Source: Nitrospirales bacterium
Lineage (GTDB): Bacteria > Nitrospirota > Nitrospiria > Nitrospirales > UBA8639
Assembly: GCA_965203295.1 (NCBI GenBank)
Contig: CBDBCZ010000010.1
Coordinates: forward strand, 96,001 to 160,000
DNA: 64,000 bases
Direction: 5' to 3'
The notes beneath the pieces are model-generated. The model worked only from the letters and a program-made list of their open reading frames with translations. It was not told where the DNA came from and did no database searches. Of the stretch, positions 1 to 13,391 are shown in pieces. How positions within the stretch are numbered: position 1 is the stretch's first letter; each line of letters begins with the position of its first letter. The position numbers and the translations under genes were made by a program.

Positions 1-480
1 TCTGAACGAATATCTGCCAGTCCATTCTTTAAAGTAACGTACTTTTCGGGTTCTTTCAGTACGGCAAGAATGTGATTTCCTTGGCATGAATGAGCCAGTG
101 AACCTTCTTCTAACAAGGTAAATGTAAAGTTAACAACATGCAATCGTTTTCCGATGTTCGTTCCATCCCCTGAAAGTTTTACATGGAGGACTTTGTCTCA
201 CACTAACTCATTACGTGATGTACCACCTTCGAGTAAATGAGCTAAACGTATGCGAAGCCTTTCCTTTAAAGACTGCTGAAGGCCAACTGTTCCAAATGGC
301 GTAGGCTTGATATTCCACCGTCTGTTTAACTCAGCTATTCTTTGTTTAATCTTATAATGCCAAGGAAGCTCTTTGCAAATGCTCGCTAGTTCATGGTATG
401 CATCACCAGAAACGTTATACCAGTCCTTAACGAAGAGTATCATATTTATCGTATCCGCGCTGTCTTCACAAATTCCATCA
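1..480 (-). pseudogene. Transposase-like relic, tentatively RAG1/Transib-like core; runs off the window edge
   Basis: ORF 198-443 (ILFVKDWYNVSGDAYHELASICKELP...) continues in frame past a TGA into DKVLHVKLSGDGTNIGKRLHVVNFTFTLLEEGSLAHSCQGNHILAVLKEPEKY. The KLSGDG strand-Asp motif recalls the first catalytic Asp region of RAG1/Transib-like proteins; the family call is from memory only. Confidence 0.4.
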
Positions 481-1341
481 CTAGGGCCGAAGAGAGAAAT
501 GGAGTCCGCTCGTTGAAGTGGTACGGTTTCTACTTTTCATGTTTCAAGGCGCGTGTTCGTCTATTTAACGCCTACCTTTGATCGTGCCAGCTGTCTGGGG
601 CCTGTGCTGCATCTCCAGGTTCATCACTGCGTAAGTCATAAGAACTTTTAGCTAGAATACACTTACTCGCATGGCTGATTATAAAGTTATGTTGGTTGAC
701 CTAAGTCCAAACGGCTTCTGGCATTAGGTACTGTTTAAGAATGGGATGATGATTAGTAGTGAGGGGGTGTCTGAGCTGTGGTTCTGTCTGTATCATGAGC
801 TACTGTTGTTCACTTGCTATGAAGAATACGATCACGGGCAGGAAAGCCTTGGAAATAATGTATACCACGTCCAGACTCGAGTGGAAGTGTGAAAGTGCAT
901 GAAAGCAAGGTTCTCGCGTTCATGTGATTGCTTGTCTTTAAAATTCAAGGTTTCTTGTCATGGTCAGCTATGTAACTGGCACGTGTGGCTGCCCTTTTCT
1001 TTCCGCTCTAGCTAGTACGAAAAGCTGCCCTGGTAACTGCCTTTATACTTTGTCGGTTTTGAGTGTACCATCTGGGCCCTTAAGTAATTAGGCATTCTGC
1101 ATACAAAGTACCATCCCCCCACATGCAGGCAAAGACCTTCCTGATGCCGACTGGAGTACAAATTGAAATCCTTACTACACACAACATCCTCAAACACGTT
1201 CCATTCCAACACCATCCACCACACACATTTTCACCTACACATTTGTTACCACCTCCAAAAAACACCCCAAAACAAGTTGCAGAAAAAGCACTTTGCCAAA
1301 AAGTGCAAAAACAAGCCATGTAGGGATGCACTTCCAACAAA

Positions 1342-1817
1342 AAACACTTCCCCAAAAACCAATGAAACAAGCGACAATGCACACCACAATGCATGTGCAG
1401 ACTACCCACACATCACATCGCAATGCATTTACCGCGTAGCTACCATCCCTACATGCACTTCGCTCCACAAATCCCACATTCACAGGCACAAACAAGCAGA
1501 GCAATTATTCCTCACAACACCACACTGCCACCAACACGCACAACAAACGTCACACCCCACATCAACCACCATGCAGTGTACTCAACAAAGTTGACAACAC
1601 AAGACTACACTTTACCAAACACATCCACATAGACCTCCCTACAAATTACACTACCACTATTCACATCTCACATATACACGATTGTGGTGGGTGTGGTTGG
1701 AAAGATGGAGGGATGGTAGCTACGCGGTAAATGCATTGCGATGTGATGTGTGGGTAGTCTGCACATGCATTGTGGTGTGCATTGTCGCTTGTTTCATTGG
1801 TTTTTGGGGAAGTGTTT
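1342..1817. repeat. Long inverted repeat (~109-bp arms, ~260-bp CA-rich spacer)
   Basis: 1342-1450 (aaacacttcccaaaaacc...taccatccct) is the reverse complement of 1709-1817 (agggatggta...ggggaagtgttt). Confidence 0.9.
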
Positions 1818-2369
1818 CCGAATTACAACTGCTGTTCAATAGCTGGATTCGTAGTCAGCGTTTCCTCTGTTCTCTTGGCAGCCGCTATTCATTGTGCGTT
1901 ATCTCGAGAACTGCAAGGGGACGGGGCTTGAGTCAACCACAAATGCTATATCTAGAAAAGCATATACTTGCCATGGGAGCTTACCTATCTACCCTAAATT
2001 GAAGTTTAAGCCACCTCCCATTATTATGCAATGATGACATCATAATCTAGATGTCTGCTGTTTTTTTCTAAAGTGCCATAATATTGTGGCACATACTAAA
2101 GATTTATGTAATTGGACCAATCAGGTTACAGGTGTGGTCATTTGATGGATGGTCATTTGATGGATGGTTTCCTGTTGGCATGGTTGAGTGGGCCGTGATA
2201 CCACGGGATGTGGTAGGAGGGACTATTAGTGCAAAGGCTTTAGTGTATTGTAGGAGTGTGAAACATGTGCCTACTAAGTTAGTAGTCTATTCTAGATTTA
2301 GGTGCAGTGATTAGCCTGGAGAAGCATTGTATATTTAACCGATTATACACACTAATTATTGCGTGCAAA

Positions 2370-3001
2370 TGTATTACGGTAGCGGAATTAATGAGTGTCA
2401 ATATGCGCAGATATCCAGTTGAACCTTGACCTCTCAAAGCATACTGCGGAGCGGAGAGTCGGTGCGGAGACGTCACGTTCTCCAGGTTCTATTTCGTGTT
2501 CTCTCTTTTCTCCATGTTGTCTATATTCTCTCCTGTTCTCTGCTCTCTCTGAACTCCCAGTGCTCCCTGAACTTCCTGTGCTCTCAGTTCTCCATGTTCT
2601 TTACATTCTCTCCTGTTCTCTGCTCTCTAATTCACTGGTCCATCTCGACTCCCTGTGCTCTCTGTTCTCCATGTTCTCTACATTCTCTTCTGTTCTCAGC
2701 TCTCTCTCTGAACTCCCTGTTCTCTCTGTCTCTTTTTTCTCCATGTTCTGTACATTCTCTCCTGTTCTCTGCTCTCTCTGAACTCCCTGGTCCCTCTCGA
2801 CACCCTGTACTCTCTGTTTTCCATGCTGTCCATGCTCTACATTCTCTCCAGTTTTCTGCTCTCTCTGAACTCCCTGGTCCTTCTCGACTCCCTGTGCTCT
2901 CTGTTCTCCATGTTCTCTACATTCTCTCCTGTTCTCTGATCTCTCTGAACTCCCAGTGCTCCCTGACCTCCCTGTGCTCTCAGTTCTCCATGTTCTCTAC
3001 A
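2370..3001 (+). repeat. Dispersed repeat: unique head followed by a CT-rich minisatellite
   Basis: Head gcagatatccagttgaacc...gcggagagtcggtgcggagacgtc, then arrays of ttctctgctctctctgaactccc and ttctccatgttctctacattctctcc. A diverged inverted copy lies at 9700-10430. Confidence 0.85.
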
Positions 3002-5523
3002 TTGGGCTATTCCAGTTAATATCCATGACCCCCCCCCCCCCCCCCATGGATGAGGCAGAAGCTTTATATCCCCTCTGGAATTAGTTGTTTACTACCCCTC
3101 CCCTAGGAAATATACCTTCAGTTGGGATACTGTCTGGAAACTACTGCAATTATGTACACCCTCCCCATGGAAAATTAAAAATATCTCTTGGACCCTCTGG
3201 AAACTGCTATATTTGTGTGCACCCTCCCTATGGAAAGAGTGATTAGCCACCCCCAGGAAACTCTGGAGCACTCAAGAGGACGTACTCGCTACCAAGAAAA
3301 TGTTGAGAGCAAGAACAAACCATCTGGATATGAAGATGTTATTAAAACTGTCCCTGGAAATATTTTTAAAAAAATGACTGTCTGCCACTTGAAAAAAGCA
3401 TCGACCCTTCCCCACACAAACCCCTGGCAGGTTCTATAATTTTCCATTTGGGGGATCTTAAGTTGTGGTGGTCTGCAGACAGTCCTCAATTTTTTTTTTG
3501 GGGGGGGGGGGGGGTCTGGGGGCATACCACCTAGGAGGTTGTTTTAATTTCTGAGCCTTCTGGGAGTGGTTTTGAGGCATTCTAAGATTGTTTTGTGGTC
3601 CTAGTAGCTGTGGTAGTACAAACAGATTTTTAGCTGGTACACTATAAGTCTTACTCACTCCTGTCGAACATACTTGGCAGGGGGAAGCTTGAGTATTTGG
3701 AGCTGACAGTATCCAAGACTACATTCTTAATGCAACACACAAACAAATAGCAGACGATAATACAGCTGTATTAGTGTTCATCAGCAGTCAGATAGCGCGT
3801 TTGCAAGTCATTCATAATAATCATAAAGAAATTATAGGGATCTCTGGGCTCATTGCTTGCTCTTCTTCATCGGACAGTTGTGAAACGTACGGTAATTCAG
3901 TCTCTTCCAAAAGATCCTTTACAATTAAGTCTTCTTCCTGCTGTGTTAACTCTTCTATTTTAACTTTTTGCCTTTGTCGATCCTGGTGCATTTTCAAGCA
4001 TTGTGTTGTTGTGTTGCTTCTGCATTAAATTAACCATCCATAAAAAAGTCAACCAGAGCTCCAAGGGGGGGGGGGGGGGGGGTGGAGGGGGGCGAATACT
4101 CCCCCCCCCCTCCCCCCAAATCAACTGCAGGCCCTGGAAACCTTGAGACAGCCTACGATCTGGACCAGATCGTCCATTCGTTCTAAGCACTACTGTGCTC
4201 TTTATAAATAGTCCACAGCTTTGTGGTCTGAGGCATAAGACGCCTGGGGCCACATGCCTCCAGACCCAACTGTGTAAAGCACGCCTCATTGTACACCCTC
4301 CTGACAATTTTCTGAATAAACCCCTGGACTGGAATGCTGGTGTGATTAGTTAGCAGTGGTTGCTGAACAGTCTGGGTATATACATGTGCACTGTTGTACT
4401 GCCTTTCCTGAAGTTACCGGCCCTTGCAATTAATTGCCATTTGGGACTGTACCCTTCTTGTAAGTGATGCCGTTTGGCTTCTACTTTATGTGCTTTGCAG
4501 ATACAGCTGTCAGGGGATACTGAGAGGTCGAGTAATGAATTCTTTAGTCCAAGATTCATAAGTAGTGTAGTAACCGTCTTGTTTGCCACATAGGGTGCAA
4601 GAGCCGCACGGACGTTTTGGGTGGTATTTAGAGAATACTAGCTGCCGCTTTGCAGCAGTGGGGGTCACCTTTTGTGCAACTCATATTAACAGTAGGTGTA
4701 CCCCCAGTTCCTCTTGCATATGACCTATAATACTGCATTTACTGTGGCACTATCTGCTTTGTTCCTTAGATGAGTCACGAGTGTGTAATGGCGTGCAGAC
4801 GAGTGATGAAAAGACACGTCAAGTTCCTAGAAATGGATTTTTATTTAATTTAACTGCTACTAGGTTTTCTAAGTTTACTACATCCCTCTTTATTTCTGCT
4901 AAGGTCAACATAGTTTGTGTACCAGTTGTATAAAACTGCCATACATGTGAAAATTTAATTACAATTTTGCATTACCTTGAATTTTTGTTTCACAAAGCTT
5001 GGACAGTGGATTTTTTCCCAGAATACACAGGAATAGGTCATCAACTTCTGCTTTTTACAGGTATTGGATGCTATAAAAGTCAGAAACGGATTTGTTCTAA
5101 AGCTTTACTGAAGTGGTTGAAGTCTGAGTGACGGTAGCATCTGCTGCATTTACTCCACAACCGGAAGTACCCCCACGTGGTTTGGGCCGCAACCTTTATC
5201 TGACGATGCTAAATCTGCGTGCCGCTTTTGATAGCTATACGATACAGCATGCGCGAGTTATAGTCACTAAAAGTAAAAAGCACGAGCTCACGAGATGCGC
5301 CTCACTTATCTTATGAATAATTAATAAGGGAAATAAAACTCTACGTAGAAGCGTTTCCGGTGACGGTTGCGGTTCGACTGAACCCCTACCCCCTCAACAA
5401 CATCCCCTGGCCTCTCCGCCACCCTCCCCTTGGAAAGTTTTTGATTTTTTGGCGCACCACCCTCCCCCCGGAATATTTCAGTTATCCATGGGGGGGTCAC
5501 GGATATTAACTGGAATAGCCCAA
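3002..5523. mobile_element. Non-autonomous TIR DNA transposon with degraded coding relics; superfamily unassigned
   Basis: Left end TTGGGCTATTCCAGTTAATATCCATGACCCCCCC and right end GGGGGGTCACGGATATTAACTGGAATAGCCCAA are inverted repeats, with ACA on both outer sides. Minus-strand relics inside (SPDSCICKAHKVEAKRH..YSPKW at 4440-4520; an acidic tail at 3840-3990). Confidence 0.75.
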
Positions 5524-5529
5524 ACAGGC

Positions 5530-7250
5530 GTACAACTCCGCCTTCTGCTGAGAGTCTTTCACAGATGAATTCAGCCTTTTCTGCCATCCCCTGCAGTTTA
5601 TTGTACATATTATTACTCAACATGCATGATTGTTGTAATTTTACAAGGGGATACCTGTCTACATGCCACTTGCACAGGAGGTTTACCACTTGTGGATATA
5701 CATTCATACAATTGTTAACACCTGCAAGATCTATGTATAGCAGCAATGTAGAAAGTAATAAGATAATAAACCTCTCACACGTTGCTATCATTTTGTTTAC
5801 ACTGACTGTTACAGTGAGTGAGTGAGTGACAGTCATCAATGTAGTGATTTTAGCCAGGGGACAGCGCGTCGGACTGCCTTAAAGAAGAAAGTTAATGTGG
5901 CTTCATCTTCTCTGTTTGAAATGAGCCAGGCTACGTACGGGACACCCTATAAGAAATAGATCACAGTGCATGCATTTACTTTGCATACCACATATGCATA
6001 ACAAAAGGCAGTCTTACCATTATGAAACTCGTCAGCCACCATCAGAGTAATCAGTTTGTGCTTGTACTGGTTGGTCTTGTGTGTTAAGTCTAAGCACACA
6101 ACTTTCAGTGAAAAATCTTCAAATAGCTTGGCCTGCAACCCAGTCATTAAGGCCAGGAAGAACATATCATCAGGAAGACCAATGGCATGGTCAGCAATGC
6201 TTTGTGGTTTGTAGGCAAGCAGGGGTGAGGGGTTTCTTGTTGGAGTTCTCTCACGATGCGATCCACTGAAACTGCATCATCATTATGACGATGCTTGCTG
6301 AAATCTTTGAGCTTCCGGCCAATATTTCGACAATCCTGTCGAGTGATGAAGTGTTTTCTGGTAGCACGTTACATGAAATCCTTTCGTCTTGCACGACTTC
6401 TTAAATCTCCTCTGATTGCTATAGTGAAACATTTAGAATGCATAATATCATTATGAATAAACTAATCCATTATAGACCTAAAGTACAAAATAGTGTATAC
6501 TGCATTACAGTAGATACCTGCATGACTACAATGTATACACTAGTATAATTATGTTGACACATCAAGTAGGAATATAGATTATACATTACCATCTATGACT
6601 TTCTCAACTTGTACACACCAGATGCTAGCATTAATCTGACTTGTGTAATAACTGACTGGGGTAGTGGAAGGTATTTGCACTCCTTCAAGTTGATCTGGTG
6701 GCTTGTGTGTGTAGCGATATAAGTTGCCACAATCTCTCCATTCTCCACAATCTCGGAGCCAGTGATGCTGGACAAGCAATAGCTATCTGAGCCTTGTTTA
6801 CGTGAAGCTGTCCGCTTTCTTGTCCGAGTAGTTTTTCGTGCTATTGCATTCCCCTTGTATGTGCCATCTCTGAAACATGTGTACAGTGTGGTACGTGTAC
6901 GGGTTGGCTCTATAGGTGTAATGGAAATGCATGGGAATAATATGGATGCACTTATAGGCATTCTGCACTGCATCTGTTCTTACCACTGTCATGGCACTTT
7001 GTACACCACAATTCTTCGTACGAGATTTTTCTGCAGCACACAGCCCCATGTGCTGAGCAGCTGCAAGATGTTTCCGTCGGTTTTTGACGACCCTGATGAT
7101 ATTACAAAAGTGAACTCCTTAATCGACAATTCCTTCAATGCTGGGGCTCACACTTCCTCACGGTCCACCAAAGTCAGCAGGTGTACTGGCTTACTCACGC
7201 TAAATTTAGACTGGATGAAAGGCTTATGCAGCAATTACAAGTGTCCATAT
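5530..7250 (-). pseudogene. Mutator/MULE-family transposase relic (intron-containing)
   Basis: YTCFRDGTY...SRKQGSDSYCLSSI...ATYIATHTSHQINL (Zn-binding N-terminal region of animal MULEs), VVCLDLTHKTNQYKHKLITLMVADEFHNG (first catalytic D of the MULE domain) and LLCKWHVDR (CxxH motif). Stops and frameshifts are present. Confidence 0.8.
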
Positions 7251-7389
7251 CTACATGATTGGGGCAATCCTTAGCAATCCCCAAACTAGTGGGTCTGATC
7301 TGCGTTACGTTTGTGGCCACATACCGTAAATGTTTTTTTGACTGGCTATGTATAATTGAGCCATCATGTCTCTTACTTAAGGGAAAGCA

Positions 7390-9149
7390 GCCGTGTTGTA
7401 TTCATTCCATTTGAGCTACCGCGACCAAGGCCTGCTAAAATCAATGACACTGAGCTACTAGATAGCTGTCGAGCTGCTGGAGATGCTGTACCGATCTTTG
7501 TACGACTGGGAAAGCTCTTTATGGGTGCAAATCGGGTCAAGACTGATCAGAAGATCTCGGAGGTGTTCCTTCAGTATGGGGTGGAGGTCAGCGTGAGGGT
7601 CCAACGGGTGTACACTATACTACTGCTGTTTACCTTGAAGGTAACTTCAGTATCAGAGATGTGTGTAACAACTAGTAACGGGGACATGGTGTATGACAAT
7701 GGTATGCTTTCTTCCTTAGCTTGCTGAGTGCTCTGGAGTGAGTTCTTCCTTCCAAGAGATATGGGAGTATTTCACTAGTAAAGTGTTGCCAGTAATTAAG
7801 AAATGGCAGCTGGAGTCTGTTGGTGGGTCAGTGGGCAAGTCAGTGGACAAGATAGCTGACACCAGTGGCATTGACATTGTCAATCACCTCTTGGATGAGG
7901 GTGGTGACACATTTGGAGCAGAATAGCAGCGTGACCATGTCCCAGGTAACTGTTGGCATGTGGATGATTTTTATGTGAGGAGTAATTATACCAGGTAAAT
8001 TAGCAACCTTTTGTTCTCCCATACTGTGTCTCTATACTGTATACCCTGCAGGTGCTGCAAGTCATCAATACAGAAGTGACTAATGCAGACTGGTCAAAGC
8101 ATGATGTGGCTCTTATACTAGACAATCTGAGCAAGCTTGGAGTGCAGTGCAACAAAACTGTAGTCCACAAGGCAAATCGTGACTTTGGTAGTGTATGTGG
8201 CAACATTGGTGACAGTCCGTATTTTTTTAAAGGATGGAATAAGCGCATCCACCATCCAGGGCCTACCAAAGAAAAATTTGTGCAAGCCATGGTGTTGCAC
8301 TATTGATAAAGATTTCATTAACCCAGATGTCCTGAGGAGGCTTATCCAAGGTAATTGATTATAATTTATATATAGCCATGACTGTTGATATCTGAAAGAA
8401 CTAAAAAATTAAAATGCTATTCTCCTTCAGTTACAGGTTTGACCGTTGCACCGCCTGCCCCACCAAAGGCTATAGCTATTCCCAACAAGGACATGCCTGC
8501 CCCCGAGGAAACACTCACCCCACCGAAAGCTATAGCTATTCCCAGCCAGGAAACGCCTGCCCCTGAGGAAACACCCGCCCCACCAAAAGCTATACCTATT
8601 CCCAGCAAGGAATCGCCTGCCCTGAAGAAACACCCGCCACACCAAAAGCTATAGCTATTCCCAACCAGGAATCGCCTGCTCCCGAGGAAACACACACCAC
8701 ACCAAAAGCTATATTCATTCCCAGCAAGAAAACACCTTCCCCCCAAGGAAACGCCCACCCCACCAACAGCTATATCTATTCCCAGCAAAATGCCTGCCCC
8801 CAAGGAAACGCCCACCACACCAAAAGCTATAGCTATTCCCAGCAAGAAAATGCCTGCCCCCAAGGAAAGGCCCACCACACCAAAAGCTATAGCTATTCCC
8901 AGCAAGAAAACGCCTGCCCCCGAAGAAACACCCAGAGACACCCCTGTTATCCTAGAGGCCAGCTCCTCAAGAAAAAGGAGCAGAAATTATCAACACCTTA
9001 GTGATGACCTCACTACTTTTGTCGGTCCAATGCAAAGAGGTCGTGAAAGGCTCCAGTTAAGTACAGTTAAAATACTCACACCCTCATGCAGTACATCGGT
9101 TACTTTCATTGTGAACTCTTCAAGAGAAGAAAGCTTTCTGAGAGAGTAA
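7390..9149 (+). pseudogene. Degraded multi-exon gene of unknown family with a Pro-rich repeat C-terminus
   Basis: Exon-like segments with GT-AG boundaries (RVVFIPFELPRPRPAK...; SSFQEIWEYFTSKVLP...; VLQVINTEVTNADWSKHD...) followed by PPKAIAIPSKETPAPEET repeats; disrupted by stops and frameshifts. Confidence 0.5.
8452..8935 (+). repeat. 60-bp tandem repeat, about 8 units (coding-like PKAIAIPSKxxPAPxETP)
   Basis: caccaaaagctatagctattcccagcaagg...cctgcccc recurs with a ~60-bp period. Confidence 0.95.
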
Positions 9150-9166
9150 AGAAGTCCCGAAAAATC

Positions 9167-9244
9167 GGGACCCAGCTGGGGATTGAATCCAGGAACTTCT
9201 GAATACTAGTCAGATGCTCTTACTAATTGAGCTACTGGAGCCCC
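9167..9244 (-). tRNA. tRNA-Thr(AGT)-like sequence, probably a pseudogene or SINE head
   Basis: Minus strand GGGGCTCCAGTAGCTCAATTAGTAAGAGCATCTGACTAGTATTCAGAAGTTCCTGGATTCAATCCCCAGCTGGGTCCC. Shows D-stem GCTC/GAGC, anticodon stem TCTGA/TCAGA around AGT, a B-box-like T loop with mismatches, and TTTTT just downstream. Confidence 0.7.
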
Positions 9245-9699
9245 CTTGGCAGAGGAACAGTAGGCAAGCTTTATATAGCCACTAAACCCGCTAGTAGAAC
9301 TTGCCAGTAGGACCCAGCCAATTCCAACTGTAATTACTCTCTCATTATAGGCCTCTCCCCCATCTAAACATGAGAAACGTGCTACATCCAAACTTAGCCT
9401 TAATGACATTGTTTTATGCTAATTATTACACAATGTCATGCATAAATTACGTACTCAGTTTTTCTGCTGTTAAAAAGTTGTGATTGATTTCATACATGCA
9501 ACGAAGGTACACTACAACTATGCAGTATATTATAAGGTCCAGGGGTGCATGCCAAGAGAACGGAGACAAGAGAGGTTGGGGGAGAGAGAGAGAGGGAAAG
9601 CAAGAGAAAGAGCTAGGTGGTGGGGGAGTAAGTGCAAAAGAGGGGGAGAGGGTCAATGATGAGCAGAGTTCCTTCTAACCTTGCCAAGTGCATTGCAGA

Positions 9700-10430
9700 A
9701 AGCAGACTACAGGAGAAATGTAGAAAAACAGAGAGAACAGAGCACAAACAATATGGAGAGCATGCAGAGTTTATACACAGGAGTATCAGAGACTGAGCAT
9801 GCAGTGAACAGAGAGAGAATGTATAGAACATGGAGAATATTAAGAACAGAGAGCACAGGGAGTTGAGAGGGACCAGGGAGTTAGAGAGAGAGCTAGAGAG
9901 CAGAAAGCACTGGGAGTTCAGAGAGATCAGAGAACAGGAGAGAGCATAGAGAACATTGAGACAGGGACCAGGGAGATCAGAGAGAGTCGACAGGGACCAG
10001 GGAGATCAGAGAGAGCAGAGAACAGGTGAGAGCGCAGAGAACAGGTGAGAATGTAGAGAACATTGAGAAAGAGAAAACAGAGAGAACAGGGAGTTCAGTG
10101 AGAGACCAGCGAACAGAAGAGAATGTAGAGAACATGAAGAACAGAGAGCACATGGAGTTGAGAGGGATCAGGGTGTTAGAGAGAGGGAGCAGAGAACAGG
10201 AGAGAATGTAGAGAACATGGAGAACTGAGAGCACAGGAAGTTCAGGAAGCACTGGGAGTTCAGGGAGAGCAGAGAACAGGAGAGAAAATAGAGAACATGG
10301 AGAACAGAGAGAATGCGGGAGATAGCCTTGAGAGCACGACGTCTCCGCACAGACTCTCCGCTCTGCAGTATGCTTTGGTTGAACCGGATCTCTGCGCATA
10401 AAGACACGAATTAATCGTAATGCCATTTCA
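9700..10430 (-). repeat. Inverted, diverged copy of the head plus CT/AG minisatellite repeat at 2370-3001
   Basis: The reverse complement of 10330-10420 gives gcgcagagatccggttcaaccaaagcatactgcagagcggagagtctgtgcggagacgtc, matching 2405-2475; the AG-rich array has the same units. Confidence 0.85.
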
Positions 10431-11039
10431 CAGCCTCGTGACAAAAAACTGTAGTTGCTGAATGACGCAAAATTGCTGAACGGAATGTACTACCAGAGAT
10501 CCAGGGCTATCCAACTGTACCAAGAATGACAGGCTACCTCCATCAAGAATGGCAGTAGCGCATTGGATGTTGAAAAGTGAGTTAGCGATAGCTACTAATG
10601 CCCAACCAATACTCGTTTCATGTATTGCTAAAGCACTGATCACACGAGCATTGGCTAGGCCAAGGCATGGATTAGTGTACTGAAGTCATAGCTTTGGTTG
10701 AATACTATCTATCCCTGTAAAAATGGGAGGAGCCAGGCTTGGGGATAAAGCCAATTATTGTTGACGAAAATCGCGGCAACTCTAGCAAAGTTTAGGGCCT
10801 GTTTGGTCGAAGAATAAGTGATGGGCAGGGGATCAGTGCTTATTAACCCGAAAAAAAATGTTAAAACTTAGGAGGGAGTGTACAGGCCACTTACAGTTCT
10901 AGAAGGTACTATTGTAGCCATTTGCCACAATGTGGATCTGAAGGTCTAATAAGTTGTGAGAATATCAGAACGGGGCATAGAATATAGCATAGTAAGCAAC
11001 ATTATCAACGATTCACAGAGCTCCCTGCCCGTGTGCCAC

Positions 11040-11985
<946 letters not shown>

Positions 11986-11999
11986 GTAGCCATAGCCTG

Positions 12000-13273
12000 A
12001 CCTGTAAGTTTCTTTCCACAAAGCCTTGGCTTTGGGGCTGTGGGAAAAGAGAGCAATCCAGAGGGTGAAGAAGAGGCTCAAAGTGGGAGCTTTAAATCTT
12101 TCCCCAACAAGATTGAGCATATGACTAAGGCACCCTACGTCCAGCAGATTCGGGTACATGATCGTGACAACACGCATAGCAGCAGTGTTTACACTGGCCC
12201 TGTCTCGCATTACAGCCAGTAGCCTGTGAGATTCCACACTGAGTGTGACGGACAGCACACTGATAAGTTCTCGTGCCACTTCCTCACCACTCATGCTCTT
12301 CATCAAGAACTCGAGACGAACAAGGCGCTGCTGAATGGTCCAGTCACTCATGAAACGCACCACCACAGCCAAAACCTCACCAAGACGTGATGTGCCATCG
12401 AAGATTACTGATAGGTACTTCCCTTCAATCTCTGCCCTCAAACGACTACGCTCCTCCTGAAGGATAAATGGCATCAAGTCAAACATGTGCCTTGAATCCG
12501 TCAGTCGATAACCATTCTCTTGCAAAAGATCCCTCAAGCCTGGGCATTCTAACTTCTGTAAGGGAATTCCAGCTTGCATCAATGCCATAACAACTTTCAC
12601 TCTGTAGACCTTGGTGTCTGCATCGAGAGTTCACCCTTACGGTGAGTCTCCGCATCGTGCTTTTCAACAGCCTGTGCCAAATCCCTCTCTCTGGCCTCCT
12701 TTTCCAGGAGTTTTTCCTTGCTCCTCTGGTGCTTTGCACACTTGATATGGCTAACAACCACATTTCGCTTCAATGCAAGGCATTCCCGACATGCTTTACA
12801 AAAAAAGCTTGCCTCCCGAGGCAGCCAGGTGCTCACCGGGAAATTCGCATGCCCTGTGTAATGGTGTAACAGTTTTGGGGTCGTGTTTCTGAGCACTGGT
12901 GCCAGCCTGGGATCGCTTCTTCCCAACTGGCGGTGGGTTAGCGTGGATTTTCCGCTTTCTGGCCAAGTCTAAGGGCCTTGGCGATCATAGCGTTTCTAAC
13001 AAACTCGGACGAATTTCGGACTCTCCACCAGCTCCAGTTGTATGGCAACTCGTCGTACTCGATCGCGAACTCTCACAGCCGTCACCACTAGACATACTAG
13101 ACTCGATAGCACTAGATTCCATTTTGACCGTACATATACATGCCACGCGGTTAATCACGTGCACATAATGACGTCATTTCATACGATTTATGCCTATTAT
13201 TCTCGTATTATTCGTGTTCCAAATTTCCCCCGATTATTCCTAAAGAAATTCCCGCATAATGTGCGTGTCCCTA
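12000..13273 (-). mobile_element. 5' part of a hAT-type element with a CGGBP1-like transposase
   Basis: Terminus-like TAGGGACACGCACATTATGCGGG at 13273. Zn finger FCKACRECLALKRNVVVSHIKCAKH, then AGIPLQKL, SVIFDGTS (first D), MRDRASVN (second D) and GCLSHMLNLVG (CxxH). Truncated near 12000, where it abuts the piggyBac fragment. Confidence 0.8.
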
Positions 13274-13391
13274 CCTATGACCTGTTCTTTATCTTGTACT
13301 TCCTGAAAATAGAGCACAGTGTGCACTTACACTTTGGTACTTTGATCTTGAATGGCTTCATACACTAAATGCAGTATATTATGTCAAAGGA

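Noticed and set aside
2395..3019. Leu/Ser-rich ORFs (also 9977-10444)
   Set aside because: Artefacts of the CT/AG minisatellite.
8417..8941. 174-aa minus-strand Gly/Ala-rich ORF
   Set aside because: It is the antisense shadow of the 60-bp repeat.
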